IMG/VR virus record: IMGVR_UViG_3300030419_004857
Coordinates: 1 to 64,000 of that record
DNA from: a virus
Length of the DNA stretch: 64,000 nt
Direction: 5' to 3' (one strand)
The notes below the pieces were generated by a model, which was not told where the DNA came from, made no database searches, and saw only the letters and a list, made by a program, of their open reading frames with translations. Positions 42,587-54,013 of this stretch are shown in pieces (positions within the stretch are counted from its first letter, which is position 1; every line of letters starts with the position of its first letter). A program made the translations under genes and the position numbers.

Positions 42587-45500
42587 ATGTCGTCTAGATT
42601 TGTTTTAACAGCACAGCTAAATCTGCAAGCTCCAGATGTTAGAAGAGTCGTAAGAGAAATACGCAGAGACTTGTCTGGAATTACCGTAGATCTCAGAGTT
42701 AAAAACGTTGACAAGATACGTAGAGACATTGATAAAGCCACCAAGTCCTTAAAAAGGATGGACAAGCAGACTAAAGCTAGTGCTACCGGCTTCGCAAAGC
42801 TAAGCAAGCAAATGGGTCAAGCCATTAAGAATGTTATTAGATATGACATTGCTAGAAGTGTAATTACCGGCTTTACTATGGCTCTTCGTGGAGGGGTACA
42901 AGAGGCTATAAAGTTTGAAAAAGAATTGATCAAGGTTGCTCAGGTTACAGGTAAGGCGACTTCCAATTTATCTGATCTTACAGGTGAAATCACTAAAATT
43001 GCCACCAAGTTTGGTGTATCTTCATCTTCTCTGGTAAAAACGTCTAGAGTATTAGCTCAGACTGGTATGGCTGCTAACGAAGTACAGAAGGCATTAAAAG
43101 CTCTGGCTCTTACCACTATTGCCCCCACCTTCGATGACATTTCCAATACTACAGAAACTACCATTGCGATGATGCGTCAGTTTGGTATTGCCGCCAAAGA
43201 CGTACAAAGAGAACTTGGTAGAATTAATGCAATAGCCGGTCAGTTTGCTGTAGAGTCTGCTGACATTGGTGTGGCCATTAGAAGGGCGGGTGGAGCTTTT
43301 AAATCTGCCGGTGGCCAACTGATGGAATTGGAAGCTCTGTTCACTAGTGTTAGAGCTACGACGCGAGAAACTGCGGAAACCATTGCTACCGGTTTCCGAA
43401 CCATTTTCACCAGAATGCAACGCCCAAAAACCATTAAATTCTTAAGGTCTATGGGTATAGAGCTACAAAACCTTCAAGGCCATTTTATAGGTCCATATCA
43501 AGCCGTTCAGAAACTTCATTATGCTCTTAAAGGTTTAGATCCACGAGACGTTAGATATTCACAGATCGTTGAACAGCTTGGTGGTTTTAGGCAGGTGTCT
43601 AAAGTTATTCCAATGATTCAGCAATTTGAAATGTCACAAAGAGCATTAAACGTGGCTATGGCTGGAGGAGGCTCTCTGGCTAAAGATGCGGCAAAAGCTC
43701 AAGAAGGTCTGGGAATTCAATTCACCAAGGTAAAAGAAGAATTTACCGCCCTGATGCGTGAACTTGCCATGAGTGAAGGTTTTAAGGCAATGGCAAAAAC
43801 TGTCTTGGCTCTAGCATCTGCTCTTATCTCATTAGCCAGCGCGCTTAAACCCGTTATTCCTCTCTTGACAATGCTTATGGTGGGCAAAGGTCTGTCAATG
43901 GGGGTGGGCTTTATGGGCAAGGGGCTGGGCAAGATGAAGGGGATGGCGAGGGGTGGAATAGTTCCCGGCAGGGGTAATGGTGATACTGTTCCCGCTATGT
44001 TAGAACCGGGCGAGTTTGTGTTGAGAAAGTCTGCTGTAAATGCTATTGGCGCTGGCAGGCTTGCTGGAATTAATAGGTATAATCGTGGCGGTAGAGTTAG
44101 GATGGCGGCTGGCGGAACGTTTGGTCCAGTGCAGCAGTTTGACAGCAATTCTGCTAGATCAAACATAATGAGGAAGAAAAGAAGAAATTATAATAAAGAG
44201 CGTGGTAAGGTATTTAAGGCCGGTGAGCACGCCTTTAATCCAGAAGACAATATCTCAATACCTCAATATTCGAAAAAGAGCTTAAACGCAGCGTCACTTC
44301 TGGGTACAATTAAATCAGAAAAAGCGGCCAATATAGCGAGGACATATCTCCGTGGTCCTTTTGGACAAGGCAGAGCATATGAACAACTTCTCCGTGGTGA
44401 ACATCGCACCGGCGCGAGGAAATACATGACACAAGCGCCCGGCACGGGTGGAACTCAGCCTTTTGACGGAATGTCAAGGGATGGTAAGTTTGTAGAAGCT
44501 AAATCTGTACAACGGTTCGACCGCCATGCGATTGGGGATAAGGCTCTTCAACAAGCCCTAAAAGGTTCCAAAAAATCGCAAATGGGCGCAATGACTCAGA
44601 ACAAAGATACGATAGGTATCTGGGGTATGAAAGTTAGGGCATATCAGGACAATCCCAAGTCCAGCCGAGAGGTAATTAAGGAACAATTAGGGATATGGGA
44701 TGCTAACGAGAAGAAGCGGGCTGATGCGGCGGCAAAAAAGAAAGCACTGAGAAAAAGAGGAAAGGGAGCAACAGGGGGTGTAGCTGTAGGAACCGATACT
44801 ATACCCGCGCTATTAACTCCGGGTGAGTTTGTTATAAATAGAAAATCTGCTAAAGCTTTTGGGTATGGAAATCTTGGTAAGCTTAATAAGTATGCAAAGG
44901 GTGGCGTTGTAGGCAGGCAAAGGTTTGCAGGGGGTGGTGAAGCTGCGGGCGGTGGTGGATTTATGAAGATCATGGGTCTTACCATGGCTATTGATATGAT
45001 CGTACAGATGACCACTACGATGGGAGGCGCGTCTGAGAAGACTCAAGAATTTGCAAATAAGTTAACGTCAGTAATTACTGGCATGGGCGTTCTTCTAATG
45101 GCTATCCAAAGTGAAGCGGCAGCTAGGATGGCTGGCCAAGTTAGGGGAATGAATATTCCCGTGGTGAGTTCTGCGATGTCAGGAAAGGGCTTGGGGGGTA
45201 GATTTGGTGCTGGTGGTGGTTGGGCTGGCGGGATTATAGATAAAAAAGCAATGAAAGGACACAAGATTTTCGGCAAAAGTATGTCGAGAGAAGCGTTTGA
45301 TAAAGGAATGGAGGCTCGTAAGCTTGCAAAGGCAGATGTTATGAGAGCAGCGGGATCGCCAATGAAGGGCACTGTCATGCACACTAAGGCTGTTGCGGAT
45401 GCTTCAAAGGCGGGAACGGAGGCGTTTAAAAAGACATCAGGCGCAATTATGAAAACGACTAAGGCCATGCGGGATCTTGCGCTGGTCATGGGTATGGCGG

Positions 45501-48500
45501 GCATGGCAGTAGAGATGTATGGAGATCATATACACGAACAGGGCAAAAAGGCGATAGAGGCGGGGAATTACGAAGAGGGCAGGATGAAGATGGTTAAGGG
45601 TGGGACGGCGGCAGGAGCAGGGATGGGTATGGCTATTGGGTCTATTCTTGGACCCTTTGGCGCTGCTATTGGCGGGCTGGTTGGAGGATTGTATGGATAT
45701 TGGAAGTCGGTTAAAGAATCTGCCGAACTGATTGAAAGGGTGAAATTTGGAGAGCAATTAAAGCATTTCAAAAATGCCCTAAAGGCTGTAACAGAGGGCA
45801 AGGCGTCTCCGATGGCGGCTGCTGCAAGTATTTCTGCTGGAGTTAAAGCACTAAAAGACAGATTTAATACTCTTGCTAATGCTGCTGATGTTGATGAGTT
45901 GCAAGGGGAAATTAAAAATGCCGTGCCAGCACTCCAAGCTTATATAGATAAAGTCGCTGAAAATGTTACAAGTTTCGCACAGCTAGAAAATGTGGTTGGT
46001 AAGGATACTTTTAGAACATTCTCCCAGTTTTCTAAAATCCCCGTAAGCAAGCTGAGAAAACAATACACAGAACAAATTGCCTTGATGCAGAAATCTAAGA
46101 CTGCTCAGGCTAAGATGTTAGCGGTGATGGAACAACAAACCAGAACAATGTTGATGGTTCGTGATGTTACTAATTCTTTTGCTGCGTTAGAAGCGGGCTT
46201 GCTTACTTTTGATACCGCTCTGGATAATTTAAGCCAGTCTATGAACAACAGCTTCACTGTCAGCGCTGGCGGTAGTATGGCTCCAGCGTTTAAGAACTTG
46301 GAGTCTATAGTTGATTTTGCTGGCTTTGGAAAAAGGGTGGACGCTTTAGCTGGTATGATGGAGCCTTTTTCTGGTGGAATGGCAGAACAAGTTAAGTCTG
46401 CTGCGGTAGTAATGAGAGACCTTCCCGCCATCCTCTTAGAGGCTAGTAACGAAATTGGGGTTGCTGGTGCAGATGCCGGAACCATTATTATGGACAAGCT
46501 GGACCAAGCTGACGTTGGCGGTTTTCTTACAGATAGCATGAAGCGTGGCTTATCGGCTCAAATAGAAGCGTTTACCCTTGGAGAGGGTGGCGGTGGTAAA
46601 CTGGCCGATATGATCAAGAAAGATCTTGATGGAGTTATTAAGCGTCTGACCAAGGGCGTTTTGACATCTCTCAAGGCTTTCCAAAAAGCCGCCGAATTCT
46701 TCGACAAAGCTAATGCCAGACTAGCTAAAGCATTCCAGCTAAGAAATCAAATTGACCAAAAGATTTTAAATACTAGAATAAAGCTGGAAAAAGTTGAAGC
46801 TGATCATGCCGCACGTCTAAGGAGGGCTAGAGGACAAAAGGCAGATCCCACAGCCCAAAGAGATATGTTCCAAAGACAACAGGCGGTGAGAGCACAGGCT
46901 GCTGGAGTAGCACCCGGTGGAGGCATGAATGTTCAAGGGCTTTCCCAAGAATTTAATTTGCTAAAAGTTAGGATTCAGGCGAGTAACCAACAGTTGGCAC
47001 AACAGGGGCTTGATCCTGCGCAGTTGGCGGGAACACAGAACCTGCTTGATAGCCAGAAGAAGTTGATTGAGCAAAATGCAAATCTCAAAAAACAATTTGC
47101 TGCCACTAAGGATGCATTAGTAGCGTTTGCTGATACCGCGAGTAGAGTAGCGGAGATAGAAAGAAGTCTTGCCGAAGAGAAGAAGTCAAGAGAAGCAAAG
47201 AGGGGCGTTGTTTCCGAGTTTACCTTTGGTACAGACGAGAACAGAAAGCAGCTAGCCCAGTCATTAAATACTACATTCGCTGCTGCTGCGGCGGGAACTA
47301 TTTCTTATGTTGATGAAAAGATGCGTCCCGCCGTAGGAAAAATCTTAGACAGGTTCAAAGACGTAGAGCTACCGGGGCTTGGCGGTAAGACTGGCGGCGA
47401 AGTTAAAAAGGAAATGGAGATTGATTATCTGGAGAGCGTGTTTGGACCGCTTACCGCCGCTCAGAAAAAGCAGATTTTTGAGAGAACCACAGCAGAAGAA
47501 CAACTTATTAAGGAAATGCAGAAAGTTCAAAAGGACGCTTTAGATGCCCAAAAGGCTCTCCTACAAGGCTTAAAGGATGATAGACGCCAAGCTAATCAAG
47601 AAATTACACAGCTTCATGAAAATTTGGTTAACGGGCTAGAAAGAGTTCTTACCGAGCAAAACAAAAGACAGATGCAAAGAGAGTTAGGGCAAGAGAAAAG
47701 CACTAAACAGTCTGCTGATAAGACTCTTGCTGTTTTAACTAAGCTTCAGGCAGATATTGGTGGTGCTGGAGTTGCTGATCTTTCTACTGGTCAGGGCATG
47801 GAGCAATTTAGGAATATGATGCCTGCTATGGTGAAGGCGCAAGAAGCGCAAGCGGAACAGGCAAGAATTGCGGCCAGTGGTGTTCAAGCGGTTTATGAAA
47901 GTGCTCGTAAGGATACATCTATGACCAGTACTGGTTTTGAAGATGTGTTTGCACCGATGGGGCGTGGGGCGGGCATGGGTATCGATTGGGATATGAAAGA
48001 TCTTTCCCATGCTCAGGACTTGATGGAATCTTATATTAGGGATAATGTTAAGGATCAAGAGATTGCAGACGCAATGATCATGGATGGTAAGAATAAGATG
48101 GCGGAAGCGTTTAAAGCGGGTATGGATATTGATGATGCAGGCGTAGTATTAGAGGGTGTTTTTGCTAGCGTTGCCAAAGGACAGATGGATCAGCATCAGA
48201 AGACCATAGACGCTGCTCATCAACTGGCAAAAGCCCAAAATCTAACAACCGTTCAGTTTAACAATCTTGTAACTCACGCCAGTCAATTCTCAACGGTCCT
48301 AAAAAATATTCCAAGCGGAGCCAATATAAAGGACTTGTCTGATGCTTCTCAGACTGCGGCTGGAAACATTCAACAGCTAGATACCAACATTCAGGGCGCA
48401 AACGCAAGATTAGGCCAACTTGGCCAACCCGGCGTTGGTGGACGGGTTCAGACTCTAGCGGTGGGCGGTGTGGCCTTTTCTCCTAAAGGAACTGACACAG

Positions 48501-51313
48501 TACCGGCCATGTTAACCCCCGGTGAGTTCGTAGTTAATAGAAAATCTGCCCAAGCTAATATGGGGACTTTAAAAGCTATTAATGCTGGATATTATTCGGG
48601 TGGTGGCGAGGTGCAGTTGCAAATTCCACATCAAATGAGATACTTCGATTCCACTAAAGATCTTACGGAAAAATCTATTTCTTCATGGAATCCTGCCGAA
48701 CATATAAATAAACCCATGCTGGCTCTCTATAAGACACTTTCTGAAGCAAAACAAGGCATGAAAAGTGTTCCATTTTGGCTTAATGATCCCAAGGCGATGG
48801 ATTGGACTCCGGGGGATACACCTACTGAGGGCATTAATGCAATCATAGGTCATATGATGGGGACGGGTGGTCTGAAAAATCTGCCTTCTGAGGAGTTTAA
48901 ACACGCATATATGCAGTGGATAAAGGGGGGGATGCCCGGAAGCGAAAAAGGAGTAGAAGGTGTAATGCTCGGTGGAAATGATCCGAGTTGGTGGAATTAC
49001 AACAAAGAGAGCGGAGCGGTTTGGACGGATGTAAAAGGTCTGCAACGGGACATGCTCGGAGATTCGCATGCACTTTCTGGCAAATGGTTGGAAGCGAGTA
49101 AAGGATTTGGGGTTGGTACTACCCAAATAGTCTCAGGGAGCGTTTCCGGCGGCGTCGGGGGTCGTGGTCATGGTGGGGACACGACCACAGTGTCGACCCA
49201 CGTGATTCGCCGTCGTCCCGGCCAACAGATACCGGGATTGTGGGCGCAGATGAGACTAAATAATGGAGCCAAGATATTCAAGTTGAGCGAAATAGCAAAA
49301 TCAGGAATAAAAGCTGATATGCATAAGTATTCTGATGGTATCTGGAATATTGGCCCCAATATACAAGGACAAAGCACCCAATATACATCCTTGAAGAAGA
49401 GTACGGGTCTACACAACAGTGGCAGGCAGATGGAGGTTGATGGGCCTAATGGAACCTTAAGTCAGGTCTTCGACTGGGGCGCATTTTTAAAATCTTCTTC
49501 AGAAGGGAAAGCGTTTGTAGACAGATATCAACAGTTTGCGAATGATAAGGCAAACTATGTGGGAACCTTAGCGGCTAATTGGCTGGCTGGAAAAAAGGAA
49601 GAAGCCGTGGTGGCTGCTAGTGATCCCAAGTTAGCAAGGGAATTGATACAGGGTCTTTATACTCATATTGATCAGGCGGGGATTGGGAGGGACTTTTCGG
49701 GTCTTAGTGGTGAAATAGACATGGCGAATCTTCCAATTGGCGGCAGAAGGCAGCTAGGTGGGATTGGATCGAGCACATTGAGACTGCCCGATGTCTTAAG
49801 GTGGGCTTTTAACGATACGATATTTGGTGAGAGAGGCATTTTAGCCAAGATGATGCTAGATTCGGACTCGTGGATCAAAAAAGCAAAGAATGATCACGGC
49901 GTTGCCTCTGCCGCGCTTAAACAAATGTATAACCACGAAACTCCCCATCACTTTATTGGACACATATTTGATCAATATGGTTTTTCAGATATAGGAAAAA
50001 GTGTAGAAGAAAAAAGAGCTACAGATAAACAGGCGAAAAAGCAAGACTTTGACGATGCGACCGCAGCGCGAATATCCGATGCTAATATAGCAATCTATGG
50101 CGCTAATGAGGTGGGAAAGGCTTTCATTAAAAAAGCGTTTGGAGACTCAGCATTTAGAAGAATGAGACTGCCGGGTTACGCAAGAACGAACTTGGAACTC
50201 AATAACCGACAAGGAACATTACAGAGCGCACTTGCTAAGCGTGGATTTTGGAATAAGGGTAAACCGGCAGGAGGTGATGCGTCCCCAGCATGGTTCACAG
50301 GAGCCATATTCCCCACTATCATGAACTGGATTGACATTTTAGATAAGACCCAGCAACGTTGGGGAATAATTTCGGCTTCTGATGGTAAATCCTCTTTCGA
50401 ATGGGACGAAGCTAGGGTTTTGGCTAAGATAGAAGAAGAGCGTTTGGAAAATCCGAAGGCTGCTGGGGGTAAGGGTAGCATGTTTAGTGCGGTGAATGGC
50501 TTTATAAGAATGATCACGCCAAGCATGAGTCCATTCGATAAAAAACATCCATTTCAACAAGGGGGCATCTCAGGCAGTATGAAAACCGGTGGGGCGGCGG
50601 AAGAAGCATTTACTAGAGCCATTTTTAGCGGAGCCGCAGGATATTATCAAGCCGTTGCTGCCGCATCAGAAGCTTTGACAAAGACGGTTGACGAAACATA
50701 TCAGTTGACTCCAGAAGGATTAATGAAACAACAAAAGAAGAAGGCCGCGCCAACAAAACCGACTCGACCGAAAAATGTTCTTGGGATGGCTCAAGGAGGA
50801 GCGGTTAGCTCCGCGATGTTCGTTCCTCAAGGCACTGATACCGTTCCCGCCATGTTAACTCCCGGCGAATATGTAATAAGAAAATCCTCTGTGGATGCTT
50901 TGGGGGTTGAGTTCCTAGATTATCTGAATAACTCCAGTCAGAAATCTACCGGAAGAAAATATAGCAGGGGTGGTCAAGTTCAATATCTACAGGAGGGGGG
51001 TGAAAAGACTGCTGGAGGCGCCAAGCTTGATAGTAGTGCTTTTGATGCAAGTGTAAAACACTTTTCTACTATTGTAGACAAACTTAGTAACATAACTTTG
51101 GGCGGATCACTAACGGTTGATGGTACAGTTAATGTGAATGTTAATCTCAATGGTCATGAAGTTCTTGCGGAAGCCAAATCAGAACTTGGTCGAGCGGCTG
51201 GTGATAAGATCGATGGAGGAATCATTTCCATGCTAAAGGCTCACTTCCCTAAGATTCATCCGAAATTATCATACAGTAGTCCAGAAGGTCCGTCGCATCC
51301 GGGGCCACCATAG
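42587..51313 (+). CDS. Tape measure protein (2908 aa) with inserted domains
   Basis: N-terminal TP901-type TMP segment (FEKELIKVAQVTG..., RETAETIATGFRTIFTR); Ala/Gly-rich helical repeats; position. Confidence 0.92.
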   Translation: MSSRFVLTAQLNLQAPDVRRVVREIRRDLSGITVDLRVKNVDKIRRDIDKATKSLKRMDKQTKASATGFAKLSKQMGQAIKNVIRYDIARSVITGFTMALRGGVQEAIKFEKELIKVAQVTGKATSNLSDLTGEITKIATKFGVSSSSLVKTSRVLAQTGMAANEVQKALKALALTTIAPTFDDISNTTETTIAMMRQFGIAAKDVQRELGRINAIAGQFAVESADIGVAIRRAGGAFKSAGGQLMELEALFTSVRATTRETAETIATGFRTIFTRMQRPKTIKFLRSMGIELQNLQGHFIGPYQAVQKLHYALKGLDPRDVRYSQIVEQLGGFRQVSKVIPMIQQFEMSQRALNVAMAGGGSLAKDAAKAQEGLGIQFTKVKEEFTALMRELAMSEGFKAMAKTVLALASALISLASALKPVIPLLTMLMVGKGLSMGVGFMGKGLGKMKGMARGGIVPGRGNGDTVPAMLEPGEFVLRKSAVNAIGAGRLAGINRYNRGGRVRMAAGGTFGPVQQFDSNSARSNIMRKKRRNYNKERGKVFKAGEHAFNPEDNISIPQYSKKSLNAASLLGTIKSEKAANIARTYLRGPFGQGRAYEQLLRGEHRTGARKYMTQAPGTGGTQPFDGMSRDGKFVEAKSVQRFDRHAIGDKALQQALKGSKKSQMGAMTQNKDTIGIWGMKVRAYQDNPKSSREVIKEQLGIWDANEKKRADAAAKKKALRKRGKGATGGVAVGTDTIPALLTPGEFVINRKSAKAFGYGNLGKLNKYAKGGVVGRQRFAGGGEAAGGGGFMKIMGLTMAIDMIVQMTTTMGGASEKTQEFANKLTSVITGMGVLLMAIQSEAAARMAGQVRGMNIPVVSSAMSGKGLGGRFGAGGGWAGGIIDKKAMKGHKIFGKSMSREAFDKGMEARKLAKADVMRAAGSPMKGTVMHTKAVADASKAGTEAFKKTSGAIMKTTKAMRDLALVMGMAGMAVEMYGDHIHEQGKKAIEAGNYEEGRMKMVKGGTAAGAGMGMAIGSILGPFGAAIGGLVGGLYGYWKSVKESAELIERVKFGEQLKHFKNALKAVTEGKASPMAAAASISAGVKALKDRFNTLANAADVDELQGEIKNAVPALQAYIDKVAENVTSFAQLENVVGKDTFRTFSQFSKIPVSKLRKQYTEQIALMQKSKTAQAKMLAVMEQQTRTMLMVRDVTNSFAALEAGLLTFDTALDNLSQSMNNSFTVSAGGSMAPAFKNLESIVDFAGFGKRVDALAGMMEPFSGGMAEQVKSAAVVMRDLPAILLEASNEIGVAGADAGTIIMDKLDQADVGGFLTDSMKRGLSAQIEAFTLGEGGGGKLADMIKKDLDGVIKRLTKGVLTSLKAFQKAAEFFDKANARLAKAFQLRNQIDQKILNTRIKLEKVEADHAARLRRARGQKADPTAQRDMFQRQQAVRAQAAGVAPGGGMNVQGLSQEFNLLKVRIQASNQQLAQQGLDPAQLAGTQNLLDSQKKLIEQNANLKKQFAATKDALVAFADTASRVAEIERSLAEEKKSREAKRGVVSEFTFGTDENRKQLAQSLNTTFAAAAAGTISYVDEKMRPAVGKILDRFKDVELPGLGGKTGGEVKKEMEIDYLESVFGPLTAAQKKQIFERTTAEEQLIKEMQKVQKDALDAQKALLQGLKDDRRQANQEITQLHENLVNGLERVLTEQNKRQMQRELGQEKSTKQSADKTLAVLTKLQADIGGAGVADLSTGQGMEQFRNMMPAMVKAQEAQAEQARIAASGVQAVYESARKDTSMTSTGFEDVFAPMGRGAGMGIDWDMKDLSHAQDLMESYIRDNVKDQEIADAMIMDGKNKMAEAFKAGMDIDDAGVVLEGVFASVAKGQMDQHQKTIDAAHQLAKAQNLTTVQFNNLVTHASQFSTVLKNIPSGANIKDLSDASQTAAGNIQQLDTNIQGANARLGQLGQPGVGGRVQTLAVGGVAFSPKGTDTVPAMLTPGEFVVNRKSAQANMGTLKAINAGYYSGGGEVQLQIPHQMRYFDSTKDLTEKSISSWNPAEHINKPMLALYKTLSEAKQGMKSVPFWLNDPKAMDWTPGDTPTEGINAIIGHMMGTGGLKNLPSEEFKHAYMQWIKGGMPGSEKGVEGVMLGGNDPSWWNYNKESGAVWTDVKGLQRDMLGDSHALSGKWLEASKGFGVGTTQIVSGSVSGGVGGRGHGGDTTTVSTHVIRRRPGQQIPGLWAQMRLNNGAKIFKLSEIAKSGIKADMHKYSDGIWNIGPNIQGQSTQYTSLKKSTGLHNSGRQMEVDGPNGTLSQVFDWGAFLKSSSEGKAFVDRYQQFANDKANYVGTLAANWLAGKKEEAVVAASDPKLARELIQGLYTHIDQAGIGRDFSGLSGEIDMANLPIGGRRQLGGIGSSTLRLPDVLRWAFNDTIFGERGILAKMMLDSDSWIKKAKNDHGVASAALKQMYNHETPHHFIGHIFDQYGFSDIGKSVEEKRATDKQAKKQDFDDATAARISDANIAIYGANEVGKAFIKKAFGDSAFRRMRLPGYARTNLELNNRQGTLQSALAKRGFWNKGKPAGGDASPAWFTGAIFPTIMNWIDILDKTQQRWGIISASDGKSSFEWDEARVLAKIEEERLENPKAAGGKGSMFSAVNGFIRMITPSMSPFDKKHPFQQGGISGSMKTGGAAEEAFTRAIFSGAAGYYQAVAAASEALTKTVDETYQLTPEGLMKQQKKKAAPTKPTRPKNVLGMAQGGAVSSAMFVPQGTDTVPAMLTPGEYVIRKSSVDALGVEFLDYLNNSSQKSTGRKYSRGGQVQYLQEGGEKTAGGAKLDSSAFDASVKHFSTIVDKLSNITLGGSLTVDGTVNVNVNLNGHEVLAEAKSELGRAAGDKIDGGIISMLKAHFPKIHPKLSYSSPEGPSHPGPP

Positions 51314-51325
51314 TAGGAATAGGAT

Positions 51326-54013
51326 ATGGCTACAATTAATAACAATATAGGATTTTCAATGCTAGCGGGCGTGGAACACGTCGGCACTAAAAGCATTGCG
51401 CCTAGTGGTTTCAATCAAGAGTATGGCTATTGGAGAGGTAATAAACACAGGACGGTGATTGAAAATAAATTCAATCAATTGTATATGGCTTTTGAGGGTA
51501 GTGGAGTAACTGGGGGCGCAACCTACCCACTAACTTGGAACAATGCAGGAGAAACTGTTCCAATATTCACCACCGCAGGCACGGCATATAATTCCAGCGT
51601 AAACAAGGCTGGAAGCCTATCAGCCACGATGGGTAATAATGCTATACAGGAAAGGTCTGTTTTTCTTGGCAAACACCCCTTTATGATTGCTAGCGGTATA
51701 ACTACCGAACCATATTTTTCTGCATACGCTAAAGTCTTGCCCAGTGGTAATATGGCCGATACGGTTATAATGGGGCAACATAATGCAGACCCCGCACAAT
51801 TTATTTTAGGCTGCGATGGTGACGGTAAATTTTATGTCCGATCTGATGGCGTGGTTTCCGGCGTAAATATTCCATACTATGCCAAGAGTTCTAAAAACTT
51901 CGCAGACTACGATTATCCTGTACATATTGTAGGTACGTATGCTTCTGGCGATGGGTTTTTAAAACTTTATGTAAATGGCGATTTCGAAAGTCAATCAGCG
52001 TCATTTACCAGAGACATAACTGACAACAGTGACACATGGGTCTATATTGGTAAAAGACAATTTGCATTTGATCAAAGGCCATTTACCGGATGGTATGATG
52101 AATTGGGTGTTGGTAATGTTAGCATGAAAGAGTCTGATGTCAAGGACTTATATTACAGCACATTTGGTTTAAGTAGATTTATTCGAGACGAAATAAGAGA
52201 AGACGGCGATGCAAGTTCAGGAACTATAAGTAAGTGTGGTTGCACAACTCTTCCAACAAGTGTTCAAGCAGAAATTACTGGAATAACTTTACCGGACGGT
52301 GGAACCGACAAGGGCGCGGTGGGAGAAAAAATTACGCTAACATACGATGCTGCCGCCACTTATACCGACTCTGCCGGTCCTACTACCTACACCGGTATAT
52401 GGGATTCTGGAACTACATCTCTATCTTGTGGGGGCACAGTTAGATTAAGATTGTACTGTGGGGCAAGTAGTAATTTTTATATGGCTCATGATTTTTCTTT
52501 TATGAGCGCCGGTGAAGAGCAGAGATCCAGTCAGGTTTGTAGTCCACTTAATATTGCTTTCGCTCTTGCTGGAGTAACTTCTGGAGGCGGGGGGTGCTGT
52601 AGTGATGACGCCGCTGCTGAAATTGCAGTAACTGTTACCGGAAGCCCAACCCCCCAATCTTTTTCGGGTGCGGATTTTGGCGCTGGCTTTTTGGCAACTG
52701 ATGAGACCTATATTCATTTTGTTGTAGAATCTGGCGTCTTGAGTAGTGACAGAGGAAAATCTAACCGTAATCAAGCTATGGGAAAAACCCTTGGTGGGGC
52801 TTATGACAAAACCCTTTGGGGAACTGTCGCTGAACATGCGATCTCATCCCAGATCACCTTCGATCTAGAACCATCCTACGGAAATTTCCACCAGCTAACA
52901 GACATTTCTGTAGAGGTTTTGGCTGAGCATTTAACCAACCATCCCAGCGGTGCAAAACTATCTGTTTCCATAGACAAAAAAAGTGCTGGCCCCAATGAAT
53001 TAAATTGGTATCCTTTGGGGGTAATGGTTCCGTCTGGCTCTCTTCAAAAGCTAACCTTTACTAAGGATTTAGACGAAACTGTATATCGTTTAGATAGTCG
53101 AAGTTTTAAAGAAGAGTTTGATGATCACCAATTAAAACTAACAGTTTATTATCCTCAATCTGACGAGCCTTACGACGGTGAGTTCAAAATTTATTCCACG
53201 AGGGTAAACTACGGGAGCTTCTCGCGGATAGATACTGCTGTTTCGACTGAACCTACACTTTTCACTAAAGGAGGTTCGCTTGTAAGTGCTAGCGGCAATA
53301 TGCCACTGTTTGTAAACGCAGATATAGCCGCAGGAAGTTTAGAGCTATTTATGGATGCCACGCTACCTCAGTTGCTTGGCGGGTCTGTAATGTCGGCTGA
53401 TGCTAGTGTAATTACGAATAAAGATATTTCGTTATTTACTCAAGGAGGAATGATAACTCTTGAGACCCCAATGTATATCTTGGGTTCAACCGAGGGGAAA
53501 ACTGGCTTTGTGGAAGCTTTTGGTTCGATAGGTCTAGAGACCAAGGGTGGCAGACACGTATTTCCTCACGCTCAAGCAACAACATCTCTGTTCATTAAAG
53601 ACGTTGTTTCGGGAAGTGGTTTGGTCTCTGATAGCATGAACCTATTCTTGAAGCCCGCGCCTTCAATATTGACAAGCGGGACTATGAACATGTCTGTAAG
53701 GGGCGATTTCAATAAGACTATACCACTGTTCCTAAAGGGGGCTGAAGCCTCTACAGCAACAGCCACCCTAATACTAGAGGGGCCAGAACAGATCTCAACC
53801 AGCGGAACAATGAATTTATTTATCAAGCAAGCAGACCCTCTTTTCCTAAGCACTTCTCAGTTGTCTTCTAACGCGGGGGTTCTGACCAACAATAATACTT
53901 CTCTACATATTTCCGGTCTTGGGTTCCCCAGCGGAACCATCCCATTGTCAATGCCAAATACTATTGGTAAACCGAACAATTCAATAACGTTAAACATAGA
54001 GGGCTATGAATAA
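51326..54013 (+). CDS. Tail protein with LamG/ConA-like domain
   Basis: HIVGTY......LKLYVNG...YIG....F.G..DEL signature. Confidence 0.75.
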   Translation: MATINNNIGFSMLAGVEHVGTKSIAPSGFNQEYGYWRGNKHRTVIENKFNQLYMAFEGSGVTGGATYPLTWNNAGETVPIFTTAGTAYNSSVNKAGSLSATMGNNAIQERSVFLGKHPFMIASGITTEPYFSAYAKVLPSGNMADTVIMGQHNADPAQFILGCDGDGKFYVRSDGVVSGVNIPYYAKSSKNFADYDYPVHIVGTYASGDGFLKLYVNGDFESQSASFTRDITDNSDTWVYIGKRQFAFDQRPFTGWYDELGVGNVSMKESDVKDLYYSTFGLSRFIRDEIREDGDASSGTISKCGCTTLPTSVQAEITGITLPDGGTDKGAVGEKITLTYDAAATYTDSAGPTTYTGIWDSGTTSLSCGGTVRLRLYCGASSNFYMAHDFSFMSAGEEQRSSQVCSPLNIAFALAGVTSGGGGCCSDDAAAEIAVTVTGSPTPQSFSGADFGAGFLATDETYIHFVVESGVLSSDRGKSNRNQAMGKTLGGAYDKTLWGTVAEHAISSQITFDLEPSYGNFHQLTDISVEVLAEHLTNHPSGAKLSVSIDKKSAGPNELNWYPLGVMVPSGSLQKLTFTKDLDETVYRLDSRSFKEEFDDHQLKLTVYYPQSDEPYDGEFKIYSTRVNYGSFSRIDTAVSTEPTLFTKGGSLVSASGNMPLFVNADIAAGSLELFMDATLPQLLGGSVMSADASVITNKDISLFTQGGMITLETPMYILGSTEGKTGFVEAFGSIGLETKGGRHVFPHAQATTSLFIKDVVSGSGLVSDSMNLFLKPAPSILTSGTMNMSVRGDFNKTIPLFLKGAEASTATATLILEGPEQISTSGTMNLFIKQADPLFLSTSQLSSNAGVLTNNNTSLHISGLGFPSGTIPLSMPNTIGKPNNSITLNIEGYE

